Assembly (NCBI GenBank): GCA_029268065.1
Contig: JAJUHC010000009.1
Location: forward strand, 4,934-68,933
DNA from: Clostridiales bacterium
GTDB taxonomy: Bacteria > Bacillota > Clostridia > Oscillospirales > Oscillospiraceae
Direction of reading: 5' to 3'
DNA length: 64,000 nucleotides
Every line of letters begins with the position of its first letter. Within the stretch, counting starts at the first letter, position 1. The position numbers and the translations under genes were made by a program. The notes beneath the pieces are model-generated. The model saw nothing but the letters and a program-made list of their open reading frames with translations. It had not been told where the DNA came from and searched no databases. Positions 56,312 to 64,000 of the stretch are shown here, in pieces.

Positions 56312-58539
56312 CACCGATTATATACGCGAGAAACGAGACAAATTTCAATACAAACGGACTCGGCCTCCTATCCGACGCGATCTCCTGCATAGTCACAGAG
56401 GAGAGAAACGGGGCCTTTGAGCTCGAATTAAAATACCCAATCTCGGGCATTCATTACGACAGCCTCGCCGAGGATATCGTTATCAAGGCAAAGCCGAACG
56501 ACTCGGCAGATAATCAGCTTTTCCGGGTATATAAATCGAGCAAGCCTATAAACGGGATCGTAACCTATAACGCCGAGCATATCTCGTATGGGCTCAACGG
56601 AAACCCGATCCCGGGAATAAAGATCACAAACAGCCTCGCCGCGGGAGCAATACTCGCGGGCTTGCGGGCGGCTATCTTCCCGCACAATTTCACCGCATGG
56701 AGCGACGTAGAAGCGACGCGAAGCTTTGAAAATGCCTCGCCGCTTTCCGTCCGGGCTTTCCTCGGCGGCTCAGATAATAGCGTCCTCGAGCAGTACGGCG
56801 GAGAGTTTGAGTTTGATAATTTTACAATCAGGCTCCACGCCGCCCGGGGATCAGATACGGGGATCGCCATAGAGTACGGTAAAAACCTCACCGACATAAA
56901 GCAGGAGCGGAATATCGAGGAGGTTTACACGGCCTTATACCCTTACGCCGTGAAAAAAGAGTCGACCGAAACAGAGACGACCGAGACGCTTATAACCCTA
57001 TCGGAAAAGGTTTTACCAACGGACTCATACGGGGTTTACGGTCACGACCGCGCTTTGATTAAAGATTTTTCGGGAGATTTCGAGCAGGGCGAGGAGATCA
57101 CGGAGGCCACGCTCCGGGCAAAGGCGCAAGCCTATTTAACCGATAACGCGATCGACGTTCCGAGCGTAAATATTACGGTTTCATTTCTGCATTTATGGCA
57201 AACGGTGGATTATGCCGCCGTCGCGCCTTTAGAAAAGGTCAGGCTATGCGATACCGTAACGGTCAGATTTGCAAAGCTCGGCATATCTGCAAAGGCAAAG
57301 GTTATAAAGACCGTTTATAACACGCTCAATGAGAAATACGATTCAATCGAACTCGGGGACGCGAAAAGTACGTTTACCGATACGGTGCTCTCTCAAAAGG
57401 CCGATATAGTCTCCACAAATACCGCGATCGTAGACCAAACCTCATACGTCGTACAGGCATATAAAGCAGCGATCAAAACAGCGACCGACCTTATCACCGG
57501 GCAAGCCGGAGGGTATGTCGTTCTCAATCCTAAATATAACCCGCAAGAAATTTTAATAATGGACACGGACGATATAGAGACAGCTACAAAGGTTTGGCGG
57601 TGGAACGCCGCCGGACTCGGTTACTCGAGCAACGGTTATAACGGGCCCTATTCGACCGCTATCACCATGAACGGAGCAATCGTCGCCGACTTCATAACGA
57701 CCGGGACTCTTACCGCGATTGCCATTGAGGGCGGCACTATGAACGCCGCAGCGATCACAGGCGGCACGATAGAGGGAGCCGAGATCACGGGCGGGACGCT
57801 CAATATTAACGACAAATTCAAGGTCGACGGAAACGGAAACGCCGAGCTCGCGGGCAATATTGCCATGACGGGTACGATCTCATGGAGTGTAAATAGCTCC
57901 CCTATCAAGATAAAATATTCAGTCGATAAATTGACTTGGTACGATGATTTTCAATCCTCATGGTCGGGATCGACGACAACGGAGGTTTGGGCGAAATATT
58001 CCTATGACGGCGGCAACACATGGACGGCCCCCGTCCTCGTTCAAGGTAGAAACGGAGTCAACGGATCGAACGGCAGCGACGCGACGGTCAACTTTACGAA
58101 CGTCAACAATATACTTAAAAATTATTTCGGGATCGACGGCGGGACGACGCAAGTCAACTCGTCGTCTATCTATTCCCCCACCATATACGCCGCGAAGATA
58201 TACGCCGGAGAGGGACAAGGCTTTTCCGAAATGATCTCGACCGGGTTTAATGTATATACCCCGAGCGGGCTTAAAAAAATCGGTATCGGGTGGAACTCGT
58301 CGGACTATGAATATCCGTATATTACCCTCGGCGTCGGATCAGACGGGGCCCAAACAACGGCGGGCATGGTGAAAAAGTTTCAAAACGGAATTTGGATCGG
58401 AAACGCAACGTCTAAAAGCAATACCTCGCCGTCGGGAACTGGAATTTTTATAGATTTCGAAGCCGGGGCCATTTATCAGTATATTAACGGGGCGCAATCG
58501 TCAATCGGCGGAGGAAACGTTACGGCGGTATGGGGGTAA
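56308..58539 (+). CDS. tail-associated lysin/tip protein (Tal-like, prophage tail endopeptidase family)
   Basis: ATG 56308 forms an ATGA overlap. 743 aa. GGT-x repeats in the C-terminal half. Confidence 0.7.
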   Translation: MTPIIYARNETNFNTNGLGLLSDAISCIVTEERNGAFELELKYPISGIHYDSLAEDIVIKAKPNDSADNQLFRVYKSSKPINGIVTYNAEHISYGLNGNPIPGIKITNSLAAGAILAGLRAAIFPHNFTAWSDVEATRSFENASPLSVRAFLGGSDNSVLEQYGGEFEFDNFTIRLHAARGSDTGIAIEYGKNLTDIKQERNIEEVYTALYPYAVKKESTETETTETLITLSEKVLPTDSYGVYGHDRALIKDFSGDFEQGEEITEATLRAKAQAYLTDNAIDVPSVNITVSFLHLWQTVDYAAVAPLEKVRLCDTVTVRFAKLGISAKAKVIKTVYNTLNEKYDSIELGDAKSTFTDTVLSQKADIVSTNTAIVDQTSYVVQAYKAAIKTATDLITGQAGGYVVLNPKYNPQEILIMDTDDIETATKVWRWNAAGLGYSSNGYNGPYSTAITMNGAIVADFITTGTLTAIAIEGGTMNAAAITGGTIEGAEITGGTLNINDKFKVDGNGNAELAGNIAMTGTISWSVNSSPIKIKYSVDKLTWYDDFQSSWSGSTTTEVWAKYSYDGGNTWTAPVLVQGRNGVNGSNGSDATVNFTNVNNILKNYFGIDGGTTQVNSSSIYSPTIYAAKIYAGEGQGFSEMISTGFNVYTPSGLKKIGIGWNSSDYEYPYITLGVGSDGAQTTAGMVKKFQNGIWIGNATSKSNTSPSGTGIFIDFEAGAIYQYINGAQSSIGGGNVTAVWG

Positions 58540-58545
58540 TTCTGA

Positions 58546-59163
58546 ATGTCTCTATCTTATACCAAAACCTATACAAATACCTCTTGCACCCTGCATATTT
58601 CGGGCATGGTATCCGGGACGGCTTACCGGGTATATTGCCGGACGAATTATTACGGGGGTACGTCATTAGGCGATATCGAGATCGTAAATGATGAAAACGT
58701 TTCATATCTCGATTCAACCTATGTTATTACGGGCCTTGATCCGGGGACGCCGTACACCGTAAATGTCGGCACACAATCGGAATGGGTCGGCGGTCAGTCA
58801 TTTACCACGCCCTCGGGTCGCCCGTCTGATTGGTCGTGGACGAGCTCGGTAATACAGGGCGGAGCGGTCGAAACCGTCTTGCAGCCAAACGGGGTATATT
58901 ACGCCTATTACTTGACAGCGGAGGAATGGAACAGTTTTACCACGAGGATAAACGAGTTTCGTTCTTATAAAGGCTATTCGAATTATAGCTTTACTCAGGC
59001 CGTAGCCGGTACGGAAATGACCGCCGCCGTCGTTAATCAAGCGAGGACGGCTATAAGCACTATGTCGCCGCCGACGGCATTACCGGCGGCTATTTCGTCG
59101 GGAGGGTCTATAACGGCGGCTTTCATAAACGGATTAAAAAACTCGCTTAACAGCATCGTATAA
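58546..59163 (+). CDS. tail-associated protein with an FN3-like N-domain
   Basis: 205 aa. ITGLDPGTPYTVNV is FN3-like. Confidence 0.4.
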   Translation: MSLSYTKTYTNTSCTLHISGMVSGTAYRVYCRTNYYGGTSLGDIEIVNDENVSYLDSTYVITGLDPGTPYTVNVGTQSEWVGGQSFTTPSGRPSDWSWTSSVIQGGAVETVLQPNGVYYAYYLTAEEWNSFTTRINEFRSYKGYSNYSFTQAVAGTEMTAAVVNQARTAISTMSPPTALPAAISSGGSITAAFINGLKNSLNSIV

Positions 59164-59176
59164 AGGAGGTTTATAA

Positions 59177-60880
59177 ATGTCGGTACTTACATCGTTTTCC
59201 CTCGATCTTACGCAAAACTCGCCACTCGAATATATCTTTGCAAAGCAGGGCGACGCCTCCTCGCGGAGTCTCGAAATCACGCTCACAAATAACGGAGTCG
59301 CCTATACAATCCCGGCAAACGTGACGCCCCGTATCCGCATGACAAAGAAAGACGGGACGCAGATTTATAACGACGGCACGGTCGCAAGTAACAAGATCAC
59401 CGTTGAAATGACCGACCAAATGCTCGCCGTCCCGGGAATTGCCGTCGCCGATATTCAGCTTATCGGAGCGGACGGTTTAGTCCTTTCCTCTCAGCTTTTT
59501 TACTTAAATATTGAGGAATACGCCTCCTCGGAGGGCGGGGCAGTCAGCACGGACGAATATACCGCCCTTACAAATGCCCTTGTACGGCTCGAACAGACCG
59601 AGGCGATCACAGCGGCAGCAGAGGCGGCAACGGCAGAGGCAGAAGCCGCCGCGGGAGAAGTAACCGAAGCTATAACGGACGTAAACGCTGCGAAACAGGC
59701 CGCGAATACCGCCGCCTCCTCTGCAAATACGGCGGCAGGAGCGGCAAATACCGCGAAGCAGAACGCGGACACCGCGACCGCCGCAGCAAATACAGCCGCA
59801 GCCGCCGCGAACACGGCAAAGCAAAACGCCGATACCGCGACCTCCGCAGCCAACACCGCCGCAGCCGCCGCGAATACGGCGGCGAGCTCGTCAATCCTCA
59901 AAAGCATAGCGACCGCCGCCGATCAGGTGCTTATATCGACCGCGGCGGGCGCGTGGGCCGTTAAAACTCTTGCACAATTCAAGATATGGTTAGCTCTTAC
60001 GGCGGCGGATATTTCAGACTTTTCCGCGACGGTGAGGTCTACCGTGCTTACGGGACTTTCCACGGCCTCGAGCGCAGCGGTAGCCGCGACCGACAGCGTT
60101 TTAACGGCTATCGGAAAATTACAAGCTCAGATCACGGCTAACCTTACGACACTCACAAACCATACGGGGAATACTTCTAACCCGCACAGTGTTACGGCGG
60201 CTCAAGCAGGAGCAGTACCGACGGGCGGCGGAACACTAACGGGAAATGCTAAAATAAGTAAGACATTTCCGCAATTAGAGTTATTCGATACGGCGGCAAA
60301 CCGTTCTAGTTATTTTGTAAAAAGTTTTGACGGAAATCTTTTTATAAGAAACGTAGCTTCGGATAATAGTTACAGGGAAATTCTACTTTCTGATAAAAAT
60401 GGAAATTCGGATGATGCAGCAGCATTACAGTATTCATTAAACGGCACAGGGTACAAAATTCATAGTCAATATAATTTACCGATAGAAAGCGGAACATGGA
60501 CTCCTACTCTAAGAGGATCGACAACAGCCGGAGCAAATACCTACTCCGCGCAAAATGGCTACTATGTTAAAATCGGATCACTAATATTTGTATATGGCCG
60601 TGTTACTTTATCCGCGAAAGATGCGGCAATGTCCGGATACATATTAATTTCCGGCCTACCAATATCTATAAAAGCCGATTTTAACGGTTTTACCACTTGC
60701 AATATCAGCTATTTCGGTAGCTTTACTGGATTAACAGGATACGGACTCTCAGGAAATTTTCAGCCAAGTAATAGTACAATAGAACTTTTCTCTCTCGGGC
60801 AAAATGCCTCTATAGGCGTTACAGCGGCGAATATAAACAATACTACCGACGTAATTTTTTCTGGAATATACAGAATTTAG
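59177..60880 (+). CDS. tail fibre / receptor-binding protein (BppU-like N-domain, Ala-rich coiled stalk, distinct C-terminal domain)
   Basis: 567 aa. N-terminal resemblance to baseplate-upper-protein domains. The NPHSVTAAQAGA junction motif precedes a low-GC tip. Confidence 0.65.
   Translation: MSVLTSFSLDLTQNSPLEYIFAKQGDASSRSLEITLTNNGVAYTIPANVTPRIRMTKKDGTQIYNDGTVASNKITVEMTDQMLAVPGIAVADIQLIGADGLVLSSQLFYLNIEEYASSEGGAVSTDEYTALTNALVRLEQTEAITAAAEAATAEAEAAAGEVTEAITDVNAAKQAANTAASSANTAAGAANTAKQNADTATAAANTAAAAANTAKQNADTATSAANTAAAAANTAASSSILKSIATAADQVLISTAAGAWAVKTLAQFKIWLALTAADISDFSATVRSTVLTGLSTASSAAVAATDSVLTAIGKLQAQITANLTTLTNHTGNTSNPHSVTAAQAGAVPTGGGTLTGNAKISKTFPQLELFDTAANRSSYFVKSFDGNLFIRNVASDNSYREILLSDKNGNSDDAAALQYSLNGTGYKIHSQYNLPIESGTWTPTLRGSTTAGANTYSAQNGYYVKIGSLIFVYGRVTLSAKDAAMSGYILISGLPISIKADFNGFTTCNISYFGSFTGLTGYGLSGNFQPSNSTIELFSLGQNASIGVTAANINNTTDVIFSGIYRI
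59690..59890 (+). repeat. imperfect tandem repeats (~66 nt / 22 aa) encoding AANTAKQNADTAT(A/S)AANTAAAA
   Basis: Two full copies plus partial copies read in the fibre stalk. They produce spurious antisense ORFs. Confidence 0.7.
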
Positions 60881-60892
60881 GGAGGAAATAAA

Positions 60893-61138
60893 ATGAACGA
60901 AAAATATACAGTCGATATACTTACTCTGAACAGCGTAAGTATAAAAAAAGAAAGTTTCTTTACCGTAGACGGAAAAGAATACCCCCTCGGAGAGCCGCAC
61001 CGAAAAGCCTATGTAAACTCAGAAAGCGGACGCGCCGAACTTACCGCAGAAGTGCCGGAGCCTTATTTATCGGCAGTAATGGCGGTATGGGGCGAGGAGC
61101 CGACCGTTTCGGATGAACCTAATATTACGCCGGTATAA
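60893..61138 (+). CDS. hypothetical protein
   Basis: 81-aa ORF behind a GGAGGAAA RBS. Confidence 0.4.
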   Translation: MNEKYTVDILTLNSVSIKKESFFTVDGKEYPLGEPHRKAYVNSESGRAELTAEVPEPYLSAVMAVWGEEPTVSDEPNITPV

Positions 61139-61177
61139 GCGTAAATCTCCCGGAAAAGCCTAAATAAATCATAAGCT

Positions 61178-61204
61178 CGGACGCTCTGCGCTCCGGGTAT
61201 TTTT
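61178..61204 (+). terminator. weak terminator between the tail and lysis modules
   Basis: CGGACGC/GCGCTCCG stem with one bulge, then a T-rich run. Confidence 0.3.
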
Positions 61205-61228
61205 ATGCAAAAAATAAGGGGGGCCATT

Positions 61229-61531
61229 ATGGAAAACGTCACGATAACATTTTCAACACTCCTCGGCGCTTTTGGTTTTATAGCCGCCGCCGGAGCCGCC
61301 GCCGGGGTGGTGGCAAAGATTTTTTCGCCGTTTAAAAAGCTGAAAGAGCGGGTTACAAAAATCGAAAAATATCAAGCCTCAGACCTCGGGCGCCTTGACG
61401 AGCTCGAGCAAGGGAGCCGAGCGATCCAACGAGCGACGCTCGCCCTTATAGATCACGCGATCACGGGAAACAGCGTAGACAAGCTCAAGGGTGCGAAAAA
61501 GGAGCTCGAGGAGTACCTAATAAGCAAGTGA
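61229..61531 (+). CDS. membrane-anchored coiled-coil protein (lysis-module accessory)
   Basis: 100 aa from ATG 61229. One N-terminal transmembrane segment. Confidence 0.4.
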   Translation: MENVTITFSTLLGAFGFIAAAGAAAGVVAKIFSPFKKLKERVTKIEKYQASDLGRLDELEQGSRAIQRATLALIDHAITGNSVDKLKGAKKELEEYLISK

Positions 61532-61863
61532 AAGCGGAGGAGCAGGACATGAAGAAAATAAAAGAATGGCTCACCCGCCGCCGGGAACGCCGGGAGACAG
61601 AATATTCAAAGCGCCGACTCGATTTCATCATTTTTAACGGTATGGGTATGATTTGGTGCTCCTATATTTTGGCGTGGTTTGGTAAAAACGAGATCGCCGA
61701 GACGCTATCTAAGACCGTTGTAACGGCTATTATAGGAGTCCTTATCCCCTATCTCGTTACAAAAACGATCGAGAACGTCAACAAATACGGGAGCAAGCTA
61801 AACGGTACGGCAAACCCGCCCTCGTCCTCGGATAAGGGCGTCGATAATATGCGGGATTTGTAA
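61528..61863 (+). CDS. two-TM membrane protein (holin-like candidate)
   Basis: 111 aa with two hydrophobic segments. ATGA-type overlap. Confidence 0.4.
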   Translation: MKAEEQDMKKIKEWLTRRRERRETEYSKRRLDFIIFNGMGMIWCSYILAWFGKNEIAETLSKTVVTAIIGVLIPYLVTKTIENVNKYGSKLNGTANPPSSSDKGVDNMRDL

Positions 61864-61887
61864 TTATTTTTTTAGGAGGCTATAAAA

Positions 61888-62328
61888 ATGCAGACTATCG
61901 GTACATATCTACTCGATTTCGTGCTCGCGGTGCTCCTCGGCTTATTTATGAAATATGTCGTCCCGTACCTCAAAAGCAAGATCACGACGGAAAACCTATC
62001 CTTTATTAAGGGATGGGTCGAAGACCTCGTCGCCGCAGCCGAGCAGACGATCACAGGCTCGAAAATGGGCTCTGAAAGAAAGGCGTGGGTTATTTCAATG
62101 CTTGAAAAGCTCGGTATAGTCGTAGACGACACCGTCGACGCGCTTATCGAGGCCGCGGTACTCGCCTTAAAATCTACCGTAAACGTATTATCGGAGGCCG
62201 TTATAAGCGGGGTCAAAGAGGTAACAGGCGGAGCAATAACGGAGGACACGGCGGAAAAGGCCGTCGAAGCGATCACTGGACAAGCCCCGGAGCAGGACTC
62301 GGAGGAAACGGCGAAACAGGAGGTTTAA
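61888..62328 (+). CDS. holin (LL-H-like)
   Basis: 146 aa. N-terminal transmembrane segment and the AAAEQT...GSERKAWV segment typical of LL-H holins. Directly precedes the lysin. Confidence 0.6.
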   Translation: MQTIGTYLLDFVLAVLLGLFMKYVVPYLKSKITTENLSFIKGWVEDLVAAAEQTITGSKMGSERKAWVISMLEKLGIVVDDTVDALIEAAVLALKSTVNVLSEAVISGVKEVTGGAITEDTAEKAVEAITGQAPEQDSEETAKQEV

Positions 62329-62330
62329 AA

Positions 62331-63179
62331 ATGGAAATAATCCAAAATATTCTTACGGAAAACGATTGTTATAAGGCGGGCCGTACCATTACGCCCCGCG
62401 GTGTAATGGTACATAGTACGGGCGTCGCGCAGCCTAACGCCTCGGTATTCCTCAAGAACTGGAATAAGAGCGGGATTGAGGCTTGCGTTCATGCCTTTGT
62501 TACCACGGGCCCGATATATCAAGCGCTCCCGTGGAATTGGCGGGGGTGGCATGCCGGGGGCGCCGCGAACAATACGCATATTTCTTTTGAGATATGCGAG
62601 CCCGCCGGACACACCTATAACGGCGGAACGATGGTCGGATATGACGTCGAGCAAAACGCGGAATATTTCGCCGCGATCTATAAGAATGCCGTCGAACTTA
62701 CCGCCGAGCTTTGTAAAACGTACGGCCTTGATCCTCTCGAGGACGGGGTCGTCATTTGCCATTGTGAGGGGTGCGATAGAGGCATTGCGAGCAATCACTC
62801 CGACGTGCTCCAATGGTTTCCGAAGCATGATAAAAATATGGACACGTTCCGGGCCGACGTCGCCGCGCTCATGGAGGGCAGGGCGACGAGTTACGAGCCG
62901 GAGGAAAAAACAGTCGAGGAGGACGACGAGGACATGATAAGATATAAAAAGTTAAGCGATATTCCGAACACTTGGGACGAGGCCGGGAACCCGAGAGCCA
63001 CGATCGGAAAGCTCATGGACGCGAAGATCATAAACGGCGACGGCTCCGATCCGACCGGGAACGACGATATTATCGATCTCTCCGAGGACATGGTCAGACA
63101 GACTATTATAGAGTACCGCGGCGGCGCTTTCGATCGGCGCTTGATCGCCGCAGGGCTCGAGCCCGCCGTAAAGGATTAA
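62331..63179 (+). CDS. N-acetylmuramoyl-L-alanine amidase endolysin (Amidase_2/PGRP fold)
   Basis: 282 aa. VMVHSTG, WHAGG and ISFEICEP motifs. Confidence 0.85.
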   Translation: MEIIQNILTENDCYKAGRTITPRGVMVHSTGVAQPNASVFLKNWNKSGIEACVHAFVTTGPIYQALPWNWRGWHAGGAANNTHISFEICEPAGHTYNGGTMVGYDVEQNAEYFAAIYKNAVELTAELCKTYGLDPLEDGVVICHCEGCDRGIASNHSDVLQWFPKHDKNMDTFRADVAALMEGRATSYEPEEKTVEEDDEDMIRYKKLSDIPNTWDEAGNPRATIGKLMDAKIINGDGSDPTGNDDIIDLSEDMVRQTIIEYRGGAFDRRLIAAGLEPAVKD

Positions 63180-63193
63180 TCGAATAAACACGA

Positions 63194-63224
63194 AAAGAGG
63201 ACGGGTTTTCCGTCCTCTTTTTTT
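63194..63224 (+). terminator. intrinsic terminator after the endolysin
   Basis: AAAGAGGACGG-loop-CCGTCCTCTTT followed by a T-run. Confidence 0.8.
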
Positions 63225-63238
63225 ATGCCCTTAAGCGC

Positions 63239-63264
63239 AAAAACGCCGGGAATTAATCCCGGCG
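63239..63264 (-). terminator. terminator of the tRNA operon
   Basis: CGCCGGGA/TCCCGGCG stem followed by TTTTT on the minus strand. Confidence 0.65.
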
Positions 63265-63325
63265 AATGATGCAACCGAACAAGCCATTTACGAAAATAAA
63301 GTGAATGTTCGAATTAGTTTTGTTT

Positions 63326-63410
63326 TGGTGGGGGAAGGTGGATTCGAACCACCGAAGTCATAGACAGCAGATTTACAGTCTGTCCCCTTTGGCCACTCGG
63401 GAATTCCCCC
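63326..63410 (-). tRNA. tRNA-Tyr (GUA)
   Basis: Minus strand GGGGGAATTCCCGAGTGG...CTGTAAATC...GGTTCGAATCC...TTCCCCCACCA. 85 nt with a long variable arm and encoded CCA. Confidence 0.9.
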
Positions 63411-63492
63411 ATATCCATTTTCGCTGCTCAAACGCACGGCGAAGCTCTGTCGAAGCTTTCTTCCCTTACCTTCCTTCTCGAAAGAAAGCAGG

Positions 63493-63568
63493 TGGAGCTG
63501 GTGGACGGACTTGAACCCCCGACCTGCTGATTACAAATCAGCTGCTCTACCGACTGAGCTACACCAGC
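63493..63568 (-). tRNA. tRNA-Thr (UGU)
   Basis: Minus strand GCTGGTGTAGCTCAGTCGGTAGAGC...anticodon loop TTTGTAA...GGTTCAAGTCC...CACCAGCTCCA. 76 nt. One G-G mismatch in my T-stem fold. Confidence 0.88.
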
Positions 63569-63592
63569 GTACCGTAACAACCAGCAGGAGTT

Positions 63593-63621
63593 ATAATAAC
63601 AAAATACGAGTGGTTTGTCAA
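63593..63621 (-). promoter_or_regulatory. tRNA operon promoter TTGACA-17-TATTAT
   Basis: Read on the minus strand, about 25 nt upstream of tRNA-Thr. Confidence 0.5.
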
Positions 63622-63800
63622 CCACAAAATCGGATAAAAAGCCTGTTAATAATAAACTTTTTTCTTCATAATATATTAAAGTAATAGGAATTGCAAAATA
63701 TATAAAAAAATACTCCTTTACTTTTTCACATCCCGATGTTATATATAATATACAAATTTGCGCTGCATCCTTTGTGAGCAGCAGCAGGAGGTAATAAAAT

Positions 63801-64000
63801 ATGGTAAAAAGCAGACCCTATGGCGTTGGCGGCATGGTCAGGCTGGCCGCACTCGTCGCAATCATCATCCTCATGGCATTCACTCCTCTAGGCTATTTCA
63901 GGTATGGCGCGCTCTCCATCACGTTTATCATGATACCCGTTGTCATCGGCGCGGTTATCCTCGGTCCAGGCTCCGGTGCGATTCTGGGCATGGTTTTCGG
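63801..64000 (+). CDS. ECF-transporter S-component-like membrane protein (partial, runs off the window)
   Basis: ATG behind AGGAGG. Hydrophobic N-terminus with PVVIGAVILGPGSGAILG, typical of S components. Substrate not assignable. Confidence 0.55.
   Translation, partial: MVKSRPYGVGGMVRLAALVAIIILMAFTPLGYFRYGALSITFIMIPVVIGAVILGPGSGAILGMVF

Larger units (their letters stand above)
32949..63224. mobile_element. integrated siphovirus-type prophage, apparently complete; ends uncertain by about 100 bp on each side
   Basis: Contiguous integrase, repressor/cro, early genes, HNH, terminase, portal, protease, capsid, tail, holin and lysin. Flanked by host rsgA and a tRNA operon terminator. Confidence 0.85.

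Noticed and set aside
59690-59890. Tandem repeats as a possible CRISPR array or DGR variable region
   Set aside because: The repeats are contiguous, in frame and coding (an Ala-rich stalk). There are no spacers, no cas genes, no reverse transcriptase and no template repeat in the window.
59500-59907. Three overlapping minus-strand ORFs rich in Ala/Arg/Cys
   Set aside because: They are artefacts of the GC-rich Ala-codon tandem repeats in the tail-fibre stalk.
63411-63492. 82-nt spacer between tRNA-Thr and tRNA-Tyr as a possible extra small RNA
   Set aside because: Only weak, short complementarity was seen (CTTTCTT/AAGAAAG). No promoter or terminator of its own is present. It is most simply a processed inter-tRNA spacer.
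63626-63800. Possible riboswitch upstream of the ECF S-component gene
   Set aside because: The predicted 5' UTR after the AT-rich promoter region is only about 50 nt with one small hairpin. No known aptamer core was recognised.

Overview
Chromosomal window from a Clostridia-like Firmicute with moderately high GC by eye. All calls come from reading the sequence and ORF track; nothing was searched against a database. Left to right, the host genes are: an [FeFe]-hydrogenase-like gene; a membrane PAS-GGDEF-EAL protein; a GNAT acetyltransferase; a nine-gene V-type ATPase operon; two tandem esterase paralogs; a flavodoxin/4Fe-4S gene. Next is a tightly packed ten-gene ars operon on the minus strand. 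It embeds a permease, a ferredoxin::DUF2703-like fusion, an exported thioredoxin, CcdA, a cysteine-desulfurase-like enzyme and a small Fe-S protein between ArsR and Acr3/ArsC. Then come an MFS transporter, an aldo/keto reductase, the ribDE(BA)H operon behind an FMN riboswitch, an aldehyde dehydrogenase and rsgA. From about 32.9 to 63.2 kb lies an apparently complete siphovirus-type prophage of about 30 kb, between rsgA and a tRNA-Thr/tRNA-Tyr operon. Its modules are: a large serine recombinase; a cI/cro-like switch with repeated operators; an early region rich in Fe-S/PP-loop enzymes; HNH, terminase, portal, protease and HK97-like capsid genes; tail genes; holin and amidase. The window ends in a partial ECF S-component gene. 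Most interesting: (1) the extended ars operon with a sulfur-mobilisation/thiol-redox core; (2) the prophage early-region enzyme island, a candidate nucleic-acid modification or anti-restriction module; (3) a self-contained HUH Rep-like cassette in a prophage with no other recognisable replication gene; (4) a tail-terminator-position ORF with no canonical start codon, in frame behind a TAG; (5) a HIRAN-like gene co-transcribed with the integrase; (6) several candidate RNA regulators. No CRISPR array, rRNA, IS element or reverse transcriptase was seen.
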